The position numbers and the translations under genes were made by a program. Shown one piece after another: positions 37,142-46,061 of a stretch of DNA of 52,949 bases. Numbering within the stretch: the stretch's first letter is position 1; each line of letters starts with the position of its first letter. This stretch comes from a virus. Taxonomy: Duplodnaviria > Caudoviricetes. The stretch lies in the IMG/VR virus record IMGVR_UViG_3300045120_000139, positions 1 to 52,949 of that record. One strand, 5' to 3'. The notes under the pieces are model-generated. The model was not told the origin of the DNA, ran no database searches, and saw nothing but the letters and a program-made list of their open reading frames with translations.

Positions 37142-38809
37142 CTATACCCAAACGCAGTTGTATGTTTTCTTCTGCGGCGCAGGATTCAGCGACATCAGCG
37201 TCACTGCATCGAATGTCGCCATCAGCGGATCGATTTTGGCGGAGCCAGAAATCTGCTTCGTGATCATGATGGCATTGCCGCGAGGCTCGACCTTCGCGTT
37301 TCCTACGCACCACGCCATCAGGCTCGACGCACAATGCACGAACTGACCCTCGGCCAATTTCCGCTCAGTGGTCTTGATGGCTCCGACCATCTTCCAGCCC
37401 TGAGGGATTCCGACGATGCGCTCAATCGAAATGCCGATACCAACCAAGGCGTCCATGATCGAACCGAGCTCTGCCTGGTCAACTCCGACGCGCTCGAGCA
37501 ATCCAGCGTCCTCGCACTGCTTGATGCGCGCAACAAGATGCTCGATGTCGTCGCCGATCTTTTTAACGATCGTGAGTTCGCCGAGTTTTTCGAAATCCCG
37601 GAAGCGCGCTGCTTCCTTTTTTCTGCGCTGCAGCACAATCGGGTGAATCCAGGCATGCGCCCAATGCAGCCACAATCCGGTCTTAGCCTCCCTGCCAACT
37701 ACCGATAGCCCTAGCATGTCGTCTAGGCCGCCACCATCGATCCCTGCGGTGACCACCTCGCAACGTGCCAGCAATCCTTCGAGTGTTAGACCGACCTCTG
37801 CCTGACACTCCCAGAAGTCGCTACCGGCCCAACCGTTCGAATGCAGCGACAGACCGATCTCGACATTCAGGTGCTTGGCCAGGAAGCCACGGACAGACTC
37901 TTCGCCGGACTCCTCGGCCTTCATCAGCTCGCGCTGCAGGAACTCCTCATCGACTGAGGCGCCGAGGTTAGGATTCGTGATGTAGGCGTTCGCCAGATCC
38001 CGGCACGACTCGTCCTCAATCATGGCCTTCGGGAACTCGTAAATCACTGGCAGGAATCGCTTATCGGCTATCCGCCCGTCCCTGACGCCGCGGGCATAGT
38101 CCAGCTTCTGCTTGAATACGCCTGCCGGCGCTTCATCTGACTCGGTGGTCAGGTAGATCACGAACCCTTCGGGCCGAGATGCCAATCCGCCCGTTGCCTC
38201 ACGGAGCATGTTCTCGGCATTTGCACGCTTTCCGAACAGCCAAAGCTCATCGATCAGGACGCCAATGGCCTTCTTGCCACCGACCGCTTCGCTATCCGCA
38301 GCGATAACCTTGAGCGTCGCGCCAGTCGTTCGATGCGTGATGGTGCGGTAGTGTTCCTGCACATGCATTAGGTCGGACAATTCCTCATCCGACTTGACCA
38401 TGTCCCGTGCTGGAAAGAACGAATTGTTCGCCGTCTCGATGGTTGGCGCCAGAATGATGAACTCGCCGGACATCCTCCAGTTCAGGATCAGCGCCGTCAG
38501 CATGATGCCAGCGGCAGTGGTCGACTTCGAATTCTTCTTTGCCATGCAAAGCAGGAACTCGCGGATCAAGCGCCGACCCGATTCGGCATCGTAGGAACCA
38601 AACACCGCCGCCACGAAATCAAGTAGCCATTCCCTGCTTATGGCGCCCATCTTCGGGCTTCCAGCCACATCCACAACGCAGAGCTCGCGGAAAACCTTCA
38701 GCGCGATGTCTGCCTGGTCCTGAAATAGCGGCGGGAAGGTGATGAGCGAGCGCCGCTCAACAACCCGCTGCTCCCAGTCCAAGCAAGCAGTTGACCACGC
38801 TGGAATCAT
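37142..38809 (-). CDS. terL: Terminase large subunit
   Basis: AKKNSKST Walker A, LIDELW Walker B, GIDGGGLDD, KIDP. Confidence 0.96.
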   Translation of the reverse strand: MIPAWSTACLDWEQRVVERRSLITFPPLFQDQADIALKVFRELCVVDVAGSPKMGAISREWLLDFVAAVFGSYDAESGRRLIREFLLCMAKKNSKSTTAAGIMLTALILNWRMSGEFIILAPTIETANNSFFPARDMVKSDEELSDLMHVQEHYRTITHRTTGATLKVIAADSEAVGGKKAIGVLIDELWLFGKRANAENMLREATGGLASRPEGFVIYLTTESDEAPAGVFKQKLDYARGVRDGRIADKRFLPVIYEFPKAMIEDESCRDLANAYITNPNLGASVDEEFLQRELMKAEESGEESVRGFLAKHLNVEIGLSLHSNGWAGSDFWECQAEVGLTLEGLLARCEVVTAGIDGGGLDDMLGLSVVGREAKTGLWLHWAHAWIHPIVLQRRKKEAARFRDFEKLGELTIVKKIGDDIEHLVARIKQCEDAGLLERVGVDQAELGSIMDALVGIGISIERIVGIPQGWKMVGAIKTTERKLAEGQFVHCASSLMAWCVGNAKVEPRGNAIMITKQISGSAKIDPLMATFDAVTLMSLNPAPQKKTYNCVWV

Positions 38810-39117
38810 TTCACCGCGACAAGCTTCGGGGGAGCGATCGGTGCGAACTTGCCCTTCGCAACCTCGCTCGCCGCATCAGCCTGCTCACCCTTCTTGCCGA
38901 CTTCCTTCTTCGAGCGCTTCTGATGGGCCAAAAGCTTCACCGCCGCCTCTTGGCGTAGCCTGAAATCGATAGACTTGTCCCGCATAGAAGCCTTCAGGAA
39001 CGCCACAGGATCGTCGGTGTCGAAATCATCGGACTCCACCATGACCGCCTGCCTGGGTGCGCCTGAGTTTGGCCGTGGGCCGCCGTGCGGGGGTTTTTCA
39101 GCCTTGCCAGCCATCAT
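38806..39117 (-). CDS. terS: Terminase small subunit
   Basis: HGGPRPNSG; directly upstream of terL. Confidence 0.8.
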   Translation of the reverse strand: MMAGKAEKPPHGGPRPNSGAPRQAVMVESDDFDTDDPVAFLKASMRDKSIDFRLRQEAAVKLLAHQKRSKKEVGKKGEQADAASEVAKGKFAPIAPPKLVAVK

Positions 39118-39119
39118 GG

Positions 39120-39228
39120 TTGCCGTAGGGAGGGAAAATTTTGTGTAAATTAGTAGCTACGCGGATTCGGTGAGGCCAACCGAAAAGGTTGAGAAGTCCC
39201 CCCGGTATCCTGTTGAAACAATTGAATA
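39120..39228. other. Probable cos packaging region
   Basis: Non-coding gap between HNH and terS with a G6 run and AAAATTTTCCC; position matches HK97-type cos phages; cut site not determined. Confidence 0.5.
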
Positions 39229-39576
39229 TCACCAACGCAAACTCGCGCCGATCTCTGCGTTCTCTCGCTTGGTCTTGCGCTTATGGCACTCGATGAGAAG
39301 CGTCTGCAAGTTGCTGTCGTCCTCAGTGCCGCCTTCACTGAGTGGCACTCTGTGATCGACTTCAAGCTGACGCTCTGTGCCGATCCGATTGCATCCGCAC
39401 TGGCAAGTGAAGCGGTCACGCAGTTTGATCCTGAAGTTGCGCTTCTGGAGGGCTTCCCCACTCATGCGCTTCGGGGATAGGTTGTTCTTCGCCCACGGGC
39501 CCGTCGGTTGCTGGCTGAGTCTTGATTGGAGCGGCTGAATCGTCCGTTCCAGCCGCGTTGGCCGTAGCTTCTCCAT
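39229..39576 (-). CDS. Terminase-associated HNH endonuclease (HK97 gp74-like)
   Basis: RDRFTCQ, EVDHRVPL, NLQTL, CHKRKT. Confidence 0.9.
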   Translation of the reverse strand: MEKLRPTRLERTIQPLQSRLSQQPTGPWAKNNLSPKRMSGEALQKRNFRIKLRDRFTCQCGCNRIGTERQLEVDHRVPLSEGGTEDDSNLQTLLIECHKRKTKRENAEIGASLRW

Positions 39577-39741
39577 TCTCAGGCTCCAAAGCTTCGAGTT
39601 GCGAGGCGCAATTCCGAAGCTGCTTAGCTAGCAGGATCATCTGGACTGCCTTGCCCTCTACGCACTTGCGCTTGTAGGCCTTGGCTGTGCGGTCTAGGTC
39701 GTCTGCCTCGGTGCGCCATGCTGCTGCAAGATCAGCAGCAG

Positions 39742-39957
39742 TCATGCAGCTCTACCGACTGCTGCTGTCTCGACGTACTCGCTATCGATGTCCGTGAGAT
39801 CAACCGTGCGTGGCGTTAGGTAGATGATGGCGCGCGCTTGTTTGCCTGCCTCGAGCAGCACCTCAACCTTGCTGATGCCTTTGATACGCTCACCGTTCAC
39901 CGTCACCGCAGTATTACCATTGACGCTGGGACCAACACACTTGATGTCGACGTTCAT
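39742..39957 (-). CDS. Hypothetical protein
   Basis: MNVDIKCVG..., ATGA-coupled. Confidence 0.55.
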   Translation of the reverse strand: MNVDIKCVGPSVNGNTAVTVNGERIKGISKVEVLLEAGKQARAIIYLTPRTVDLTDIDSEYVETAAVGRAA

Positions 39958-40199
39958 TGCGCTGGCGCCGGCTTTGGCGTCGTCACCGTAGTCGTGGTAG
40001 TAGTACCCTCGGGCGCGCAACTGATATCGAACGCCACCGTTGCCGTGCCGAGCGTACCGCCAACGCTGCCCGTATAGTGGCGCGTGCAGTCGTGGCTGAG
40101 ATTGTCGAGGAACGGTTTCATCTGGTCCGCTGCGCAGCCATTGAGGCCAGCGCATGCGCAGATGGCGAGGATGAACAGAATTGCTGTGTAGTTCTTCAC
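39954..40199 (-). CDS. Lipoprotein
   Basis: Signal peptide with LNGC lipobox; Thr-rich tail. Confidence 0.7.
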   Translation of the reverse strand: MKNYTAILFILAICACAGLNGCAADQMKPFLDNLSHDCTRHYTGSVGGTLGTATVAFDISCAPEGTTTTTTVTTPKPAPAQ

Positions 40200-40630
40200 G
40201 TTGGAACTCCTGCGTATGGCGGGAAATCACCGCCTTTGGACATTCGTGTGTAGCCTGAAGCGCGCAATGCCTTGTTCTTTTCCCACGCCGGTGAGCCGAA
40301 CAAGGAGACGGCAGCGAAGATCGCGTGCACCACAACGTCATCGCAGCCGAGGAGAACCATTGCCTCGCGCAAGACGCTGTTCGCTGACTGCATGGAAGTT
40401 TGCTGCGACCAGAACAAATGATCGTGCAAAATCGCTGCTGCCGAGTAGCGACCGAATGGTGGCAGCGTGCTCCACAGCGCCTTCGGGATCGACGCCAGAT
40501 CGCTGATGAAACCCGATGGAACGACAACCTCTCCAATCAAGTCGGACTGATAAACCAAGTCCGCTTGCAATGCATATTGCAATCCATCTGGCATTGGGCT
40601 CAGGACCAGTTTGGTGTCGAACCGGCTCAC
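40196..40630 (-). CDS. DUF1353-family protein
   Basis: VPSGFISDLASIP, AAILHDHL, AN...EAM. Confidence 0.85.
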   Translation of the reverse strand: MSRFDTKLVLSPMPDGLQYALQADLVYQSDLIGEVVVPSGFISDLASIPKALWSTLPPFGRYSAAAILHDHLFWSQQTSMQSANSVLREAMVLLGCDDVVVHAIFAAVSLFGSPAWEKNKALRASGYTRMSKGGDFPPYAGVPT

Positions 40631-40920
40631 GGCTGAAGCTCCGCAGTCGTGTACTTGAGAACGTCCTCGCGCGCGGCCTTGATGCTGGCCCTGCTCGGAT
40701 CACCCTCGGCGATCGTGAGCGCGGCTGCTGCGTTGTAGCCGGCCGTCCTGACGCTGTCGCACTTCGTATGCGAAGCGCAGTATGTCGGCTCATAGCGCTG
40801 CGCCTGAACGTAGGCTGCACGTATCTCTATCAGGTCACGCTGCATGCTCGCTGGTGACGGCGCACAGCACGCGCACGCGGTCAGCAGCACAGCAACACCG
40901 ATCGCCGGCCATGCCCTCAT
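40627..40920 (-). CDS. Lipoprotein, possible o-spanin
   Basis: VLLTAC lipobox-like; helical body; lysis region. Confidence 0.6.
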   Translation of the reverse strand: MRAWPAIGVAVLLTACACCAPSPASMQRDLIEIRAAYVQAQRYEPTYCASHTKCDSVRTAGYNAAAALTIAEGDPSRASIKAAREDVLKYTTAELQP

Positions 40921-41537
40921 GGCGCGTGCCCCGTTGCCTTGATGAACAGCGCAGCGATTGTCACAAGAAGCGATATTCCGGCGATCACGTAAGCCACGGT
41001 GGACGCAGATGCACCGCGCGCGCCTGAAGTCGTCGCATTCACCTCAACCAACTTGCGCACGTTCTCGGCGAGAGCGGCAATCGTGGGGTCTTGGAATGAT
41101 TGCTTGCCCTTGCCTTCGTACTGCGCTTGCTCAAGCGTGGTCAGCCGCGCTGATAGCGTGTTCGCTAGTTGCTGTTGCGATTGCGCGACCGTCGCCGCGG
41201 TAGATGCCACCAGCGTTCTCAACGCCTCGGCTGACTGCACGACCTGATTCGCCAGCACGCTGGCTTGGTCTGCGGCGCGCTGACTCGCTACCGCTACGGC
41301 ATTGACGTCCACAGCGCGTATTGCATCGATGCGCTTTGCTTCAGCTTGGCGCAGCTTTTCGTCGTAGTCGGCACGCAGCGCCATCTGCTCGTCGACTCGC
41401 TTCGATTCGGCCATCCGGGCTTCATCTAGACGCTTGGACTCAGCTTCTACCAGCGCGATGACGTTCGCCGTTGGGTCGATTACCGGGCTGCCTGCAGAAT
41501 CAACACCAATGCCTGTCGGCCGCCTCCCGTTGCTCAC
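40917..41537 (-). CDS. Coiled-coil protein with a C-terminal TM segment
   Basis: VIDPTANVIALVEA...; C-terminal YVIAGISLLVTIAALFI. Confidence 0.7.
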   Translation of the reverse strand: MSNGRRPTGIGVDSAGSPVIDPTANVIALVEAESKRLDEARMAESKRVDEQMALRADYDEKLRQAEAKRIDAIRAVDVNAVAVASQRAADQASVLANQVVQSAEALRTLVASTAATVAQSQQQLANTLSARLTTLEQAQYEGKGKQSFQDPTIAALAENVRKLVEVNATTSGARGASASTVAYVIAGISLLVTIAALFIKATGHAP

Positions 41538-41890
41538 GGCTTCGTTTCCGCCGTTGCCGTAACGCTCTCGCCTGGCGCCAGCGGAACGACCTTTTCGGGC
41601 GCACCTTCCACGCGCGGCAATGCGCCCTGCGCCGCTGCGGCTGTCTGGGCCTGCGTCGCAATGATCTCGTCCTTTTTCTTGCTCGCGTTGCTGGTGCCGA
41701 AGCACCAGTCGTAAACGGTCGATAGCTTCGCCGTGATGAATCCAACCAGCCCGATAACGACATCGCGGAACGTTGGCTGCACCGTACCGTTTACAAGCGC
41801 AATCGTTATATAGGTCAACAGGATGCACAGAAAAGCGGTCAGCGCGGCGCCCAGCCAGTTTATTGCTTGCTGGTCCGCTCTCTCGTTCAT
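41534..41890 (-). CDS. Two-TM holin-like membrane protein
   Basis: Two TM segments, then VYDWCFGTSNASKKKD. Confidence 0.7.
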   Translation of the reverse strand: MNERADQQAINWLGAALTAFLCILLTYITIALVNGTVQPTFRDVVIGLVGFITAKLSTVYDWCFGTSNASKKKDEIIATQAQTAAAAQGALPRVEGAPEKVVPLAPGESVTATAETKP

Positions 41891-42039
41891 ATCCTGCCGC
41901 GCACTACGATTACGATGATCAGAATGAGCAGAACCAGGCCGACGCCACTGCCACCATAGACCGGGCCACCGACGAAAAACCCGCCACCGCCGAATAGCAC
42001 GAGCAACAGGATGATCAACAGAATCGTACCGAGTGACAT
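41887..42039 (-). CDS. DUF3309-like small membrane protein
   Basis: 50 aa, not in the track: MSLGTILLIILLLVLFGGGG...YGGSGVGLVLLILIIVIVVRGRI; AGGAG RBS. Confidence 0.75.
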   Translation of the reverse strand: MSLGTILLIILLLVLFGGGGFFVGGPVYGGSGVGLVLLILIIVIVVRGRI

Positions 42040-42048
42040 GGCGTTCTC

Positions 42049-42522
42049 CTACGCGACCAGGAATTCTTCGAGCACTTCGCCAGAACAGATGCGCAGTGCG
42101 GTCTCCACCGCCCGCGCCTTCGTTTGGATCAGGTAGGGCGTCAGTCGATGCGAAAGGTTCGTTAGCAGATGAAACGCCGCCTCGTCCCAATTGCGTTGCT
42201 GTAGATAGCGAAGAAACGGCACGAACTGCGAGAGCGTATCCTTGCCCATGTTGAACGCCAAAGCAATCAGCGCCTCTTTGCGCACGAGGTCGAACGAATC
42301 CATGTTTGGAACCAAATCGAGCCCATCGTAATATCCAGTCTGGATATCCTCGACCAACCATTGCGACTCTATGTCGCTGGTAATCGATGGCGAGCTGGCC
42401 GTAATGCCGTGATGGCGGCCCACACCCTGAGTCCAGAATCCGAGCGAGTCCCTGTATGCGATAAGCGATTCGCCTTCCCACCGCCGCATATCGGCGTGGA
42501 GTTGAGCGGAGGGTGTGAACAT
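42049..42522 (-). CDS. Endolysin, GH24/T4-like lysozyme
   Basis: EG...YRD...TQGVGR catalytic E-D-T pattern; LAFNMG. Confidence 0.9.
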   Translation of the reverse strand: MFTPSAQLHADMRRWEGESLIAYRDSLGFWTQGVGRHHGITASSPSITSDIESQWLVEDIQTGYYDGLDLVPNMDSFDLVRKEALIALAFNMGKDTLSQFVPFLRYLQQRNWDEAAFHLLTNLSHRLTPYLIQTKARAVETALRICSGEVLEEFLVA

Positions 42523-42680
42523 CAGCCGATAAAACGGTGCGAGCTGTGCTCGTCGTCTCGGATGGCCTGACATCGCATCCATAACGAAAACGCGATGCTC
42601 AGGCCTAGAAGGATGCCGATGATCAGCGCGCAGGCGAAGGCTTCGTGGTTAAGAAGCCAGTTCAGCGTGCGTGCTATCAT
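42522..42680 (-). CDS. Small single-TM protein
   Basis: MIARTLNWLLNHEAFACALIIGILLGLSIAFSLW; stop overlaps the endolysin start. Confidence 0.5.
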   Translation of the reverse strand: MIARTLNWLLNHEAFACALIIGILLGLSIAFSLWMRCQAIRDDEHSSHRFIG

Positions 42681-42687
42681 TTAGGAT

Positions 42688-42858
42688 TCAGGAAACCGGT
42701 TCGCCAGGCGTGAGGTTGGCCAGCTCGATCAGCCGCGCAATCAGCCATGCGGCGATGACGCTCTGATCCATGCTCATCTGGCCTTGGTGCGAGGCGTTTA
42801 CCAGTTTATCGATGGCTGCTTTCCCGCCGCCGCCGTTGCCAATAATGACCGTGCTCAT
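42688..42858 (-). CDS. Hypothetical protein
   Basis: ATGA-coupled. Confidence 0.5.
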   Translation of the reverse strand: MSTVIIGNGGGGKAAIDKLVNASHQGQMSMDQSVIAAWLIARLIELANLTPGEPVS

Positions 42859-43178
42859 GGCTTCTTTTCCAGATTGTTGACTCGAGTCACCAGTTGTCCG
42901 ATATCGCGCCGGTAAATGTCCGACCACGCCTGAAGGCTGTCCACGCGCTTGTCAAACACCAGCAACGCAACCCATGTTGCGAGACATGTTGCGATGCAGA
43001 ATCCGACGAAGGCGCCATGGTAGAAATTCGTGCTGCCGATCGTGAGCTTGTTCGTGTTGCTTGTTGCTGGAATCGCAGCCACGCGTACCGCTTTTGTCAG
43101 CTCCCTGCATTGTTCGATCAGGTCATCAAGCTTCTGGATCACTTCTATTGGTTCGTCCGGGGTGTCGGGCGCTCCCAT
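42855..43178 (-). CDS. Single-TM membrane protein
   Basis: Central TM flanked by coiled coils; GGAG RBS. Confidence 0.65.
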   Translation of the reverse strand: MGAPDTPDEPIEVIQKLDDLIEQCRELTKAVRVAAIPATSNTNKLTIGSTNFYHGAFVGFCIATCLATWVALLVFDKRVDSLQAWSDIYRRDIGQLVTRVNNLEKKP

Positions 43179-43434
43179 TGTCCATTCTCCGTGTGAGTTC
43201 TTTCACGGCAATCGTCAGCCCGCTAACCTCCACCCCGAGCTGATCGACTTTGACACCTAACGACACTGAGGAACGAATGAAATCAACCTCCAATTTGCGA
43301 TGCTCTCGCTCGGCTTCCGTCATGCGATTCATGATCTCTTCGGCTTCCTGCCTTGGCGTTTTGAAAAACCACATGACTCCGTGTGCTGCGATCGCCACAG
43401 CCAGCCCCCCGACTGCGACGGTCAACGGATCCAT
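43126..43434 (-). CDS. N-terminal TM plus coiled-coil protein (holin-like)
   Basis: MDPLTVAVGGLAVAIAAHGVMWFF. Confidence 0.6.
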   Translation of the reverse strand: MDPLTVAVGGLAVAIAAHGVMWFFKTPRQEAEEIMNRMTEAEREHRKLEVDFIRSSVSLGVKVDQLGVEVSGLTIAVKELTRRMDNGSARHPGRTNRSDPEA

Positions 43435-43895
43435 TACGGCTTGAAACCTTGGCCCTGATTCGTGGTCGGATCTGGCAGAGCGTTCAGCCCATCCGTCACG
43501 TCCTGCACGGTCGGCCATACCGGCGAGCCGTCGCGGAGGTTCACGGAAGCCGCCACGAATACGCCGGGCGTGAAGAACTTGCCGTTATCATCATGCACGG
43601 CCAGCGTCTTGAAGCCGTTGAACATGTACAGCGTATTGATGTAGCCGAGCCATTTATTGCCGAAGTCCTTGGCAGCGCCGGGCGGCAGGGAATTGACGAT
43701 TTCCTGCGTGATTCCGCGCTCGTTAGCCTCCGGGCGACTAGCGCGCAATAGCAAGCACTTTACTGCCGCATGCTCGTCCGGCGCGTCATGATTCGACTCG
43801 GACGGGACAACGATGTTGAACGCCGCGCATACCGCTGCGCAGACTTCCTCGGTTTGGGCCTGAACCCATGCCAGAAGCGTGGTTTTGTTACTCAT
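43434..43895 (-). CDS. Hypothetical protein, first late gene
   Basis: AAGGAG RBS. Confidence 0.7.
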   Translation of the reverse strand: MSNKTTLLAWVQAQTEEVCAAVCAAFNIVVPSESNHDAPDEHAAVKCLLLRASRPEANERGITQEIVNSLPPGAAKDFGNKWLGYINTLYMFNGFKTLAVHDDNGKFFTPGVFVAASVNLRDGSPVWPTVQDVTDGLNALPDPTTNQGQGFKP

Positions 43896-44121
43896 GTGCT
43901 ACTCCTTCGAATAAAAATCCCGCAGCGGGCGCCGTTTTTGCCCATGCGCTTGTCATTGGCTCAGGGGAAGGTGAGCCCACATGGTGAAATCCTGCCGCAT
44001 CTCACGACGCTGCCTTAGCCCGCTGCGGAGGTTGAAAGGTGCCCCGATGGCCCAGGTACAGACCGAACGCGAACCGACGTCAGCCACCGCTGAACATTCG
44101 ATTGCTGGGGCGTAGAAATGC

Positions 44122-44146
44122 AAAAGCCCGCTCAATAGGCGGGCTT
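44122..44146 (-). terminator. tR'-like terminator downstream of Q
   Basis: AAGCCCGC-CTATTGA-GCGGGCTT then TTGCATTT. Confidence 0.75.
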
Positions 44147-44201
44147 GTATCGTACTTTGTCAAAAGTAACTCAAACCGTGCGCACTTTCTAGGTTACATT
44201 T

Positions 44202-44912
44202 TCAGGCGACTTCGAGCGGGTCGAAAATATCGCGACGGACGATCTGGAACAGCTCCTTGGCTGCCTTGTTCTCGGCGTCGGCAATGACACGATAGACCCA
44301 ATCGTACACTCCTGCCCAATGCCGAGCGAACTTGTCACGCGATAGGCCGAACTGTCCGGCGCGCCATGACTTCGTTTCATGCCTGACGCCAGAAGCATTA
44401 CAGCGACGGCAGTTCTTGATTCCGCTTTCATCGATGTAGATTCCACGGCCACAGCATGCCGGGCAATGGCGCGGACGGCGCATCTCTTCCACCACGACCG
44501 GGAACATCCGGCTGTATCGCTCCAAGCTCCACGGCCAACGACGCGCGCTGGCGCGGTCTATTTCCCTCTTTAGGTCCGCAACAATCTGGTCGTCCCAATC
44601 GCCCTTTTTAGGCTTTGCATCGAAAGAGGATTGCGCAATATTGAGTTCAAGCCGCGCAGCGACATGGGCCCGTTCACGGTCTGAATATTCATTCAGCAAA
44701 CGCACCCGGACGGTCTCCGCCATGCTGTCGAATACCGCGTGCGAGCCATCAGGCCACCAGACGACGCACAGAATATCGCGCGCGAATTGGTCTTGAATCA
44801 TCCCCAGCGCCCCGGCTATATCGATGTTGGTCAGTTCCGGTATTCCACCGCGGCCGATTTCATAGCGGACCGCTGGGACGTTCAGGCGGGCAAGTAGCTC
44901 ACGCGGATTCAT
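44202..44912 (-). CDS. Late antitermination protein Q-like
   Basis: ELTNIDIAGALG, CPACCGRG...CRRCNASG Zn finger; position before the terminator and lysis genes. Confidence 0.8.
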   Translation of the reverse strand: MNPRELLARLNVPAVRYEIGRGGIPELTNIDIAGALGMIQDQFARDILCVVWWPDGSHAVFDSMAETVRVRLLNEYSDRERAHVAARLELNIAQSSFDAKPKKGDWDDQIVADLKREIDRASARRWPWSLERYSRMFPVVVEEMRRPRHCPACCGRGIYIDESGIKNCRRCNASGVRHETKSWRAGQFGLSRDKFARHWAGVYDWVYRVIADAENKAAKELFQIVRRDIFDPLEVA

Positions 44913-45133
44913 ACCGCCGCCCCTTGTGCCCACAGCCGTTGATTCTTCAGCCGCGTCTTGCGCCGTGCCGCGCGAGGGTCGAACTGGAGCATCGCGATGC
45001 GTGTCATTCTGCCCTGCCGTAGATGCCACAGAATCGAGCTACGGCTCAGTCGCGGCACCAGCTTGCAGATCTCGGCGCAGGTCAGTTGTTGGCCTTCGAA
45101 TTCGTAAGTTGGCGCGGGGACGTGATTTTTCAT
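44909..45133 (-). CDS. Hypothetical protein
   Basis: ATGA-coupled. Confidence 0.55.
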   Translation of the reverse strand: MKNHVPAPTYEFEGQQLTCAEICKLVPRLSRSSILWHLRQGRMTRIAMLQFDPRAARRKTRLKNQRLWAQGAAV

Positions 45134-45681
45134 GCGGCGATACTCGCGGCTTGCTCTGTCTCGACGGCGTACAGCGCCAGCATTAGCGCGTCGGCGCGGC
45201 CAACATCTTTCTTGCGCGCCAGCTCCGATGCCAGCTGCGGAAACCGGTTGATAGCCATTGTGCGCGATCGGTCTTTCAGCGCAGCCTTCTCCTGCGCCGT
45301 CTCAGCCTTCCCGGTCAGACCGAAATAACCCTTCCAGCGTTGCGGTCGAACGAGCTTGTAGCCTATGCCTAGCGCCGCCAGCACGCCTTTCAGCACGCCA
45401 TAGCTCTCGCCGAATCGGAACATTCCGCTGCCACCCTGCCCTGGCATCGCAGCGACCGCTTCGACAACGGCAAGGAAATGCGCGCCTTGATGTTGCTGGA
45501 ACAGACCGCGCAGGCGCGCTGCGAGCTCAGCGCCGTTCACTTCCTCGCCGCTGCCGTTCGTGCGTGCCATCGTCGGCATGTCAATGAATCCGGCCGGTAC
45601 ACCGTCAGCGAGAATCGCCAGCGCGCCGGACTGGCCTGGATCGGCGCCTATCGTGACTCGAAAGGTCATCACTTCACCCAT
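45130..45681 (-). CDS. RuvC-like Holliday junction resolvase
   Basis: IGADPGQSGA, VVE, FG.SYG, PQRWK, GRADAL. Confidence 0.88.
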   Translation of the reverse strand: MGEVMTFRVTIGADPGQSGALAILADGVPAGFIDMPTMARTNGSGEEVNGAELAARLRGLFQQHQGAHFLAVVEAVAAMPGQGGSGMFRFGESYGVLKGVLAALGIGYKLVRPQRWKGYFGLTGKAETAQEKAALKDRSRTMAINRFPQLASELARKKDVGRADALMLALYAVETEQAASIAA

Positions 45682-46061
45682 GGTCTTGCGACGTAGCGCG
45701 GGATAGCGCCGTCGGCAGTTGGTTTAGCTAGCTGTTTGCTCATGCGTGGCGCGATTGCGGCCAGCGGCATTGCGCGACCCTCGCGCAGAAGTTCAATGCG
45801 GCGCCTTGTTTCGTTGATTGCCCGCATCGGCGTCATCTTCGCAGCGCGCCAGCGCGACTTATCGCCGTGCCAGCCATGCGGATGTCCTGGCCCGCCGTGG
45901 CAGTCCTTGCAGCAGCCTATGCCGCAAAGGTGAAGTCCCTGCTCCGGGTGATGCGCTTCGCCCGGCGGCGGAGCGTTGCATACCACGCAAGGGATGCGCT
46001 TGCAGTCCGCCAGATACGCGGCCTCGATATCGTCGTGCGCGCGGGCGTTCTTCGTTCTCAC
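45669..46061 (-). CDS. Ref/DUF968-like HNH-fold nuclease
   Basis: PCVVC...EAHH...CKDCH. Confidence 0.65.
   Translation of the reverse strand: MRTKNARAHDDIEAAYLADCKRIPCVVCNAPPPGEAHHPEQGLHLCGIGCCKDCHGGPGHPHGWHGDKSRWRAAKMTPMRAINETRRRIELLREGRAMPLAAIAPRMSKQLAKPTADGAIPRYVARPWVK

Noticed and set aside
40917-42481. Track ORFs 41534-42481 (315 aa) and 40917-41828 (303 aa) at full length
   Set aside because: Their N-terminal extensions overlap the lysozyme, DUF3309-like and holin-like genes. Coupled starts at 41890 and 41537 fit better.
44037-44112. Canonical tRNA gene
   Set aside because: No TTCRA T-loop, no 7-nt anticodon loop, and a mismatched acceptor stem. Kept only as a tRNA-like candidate.
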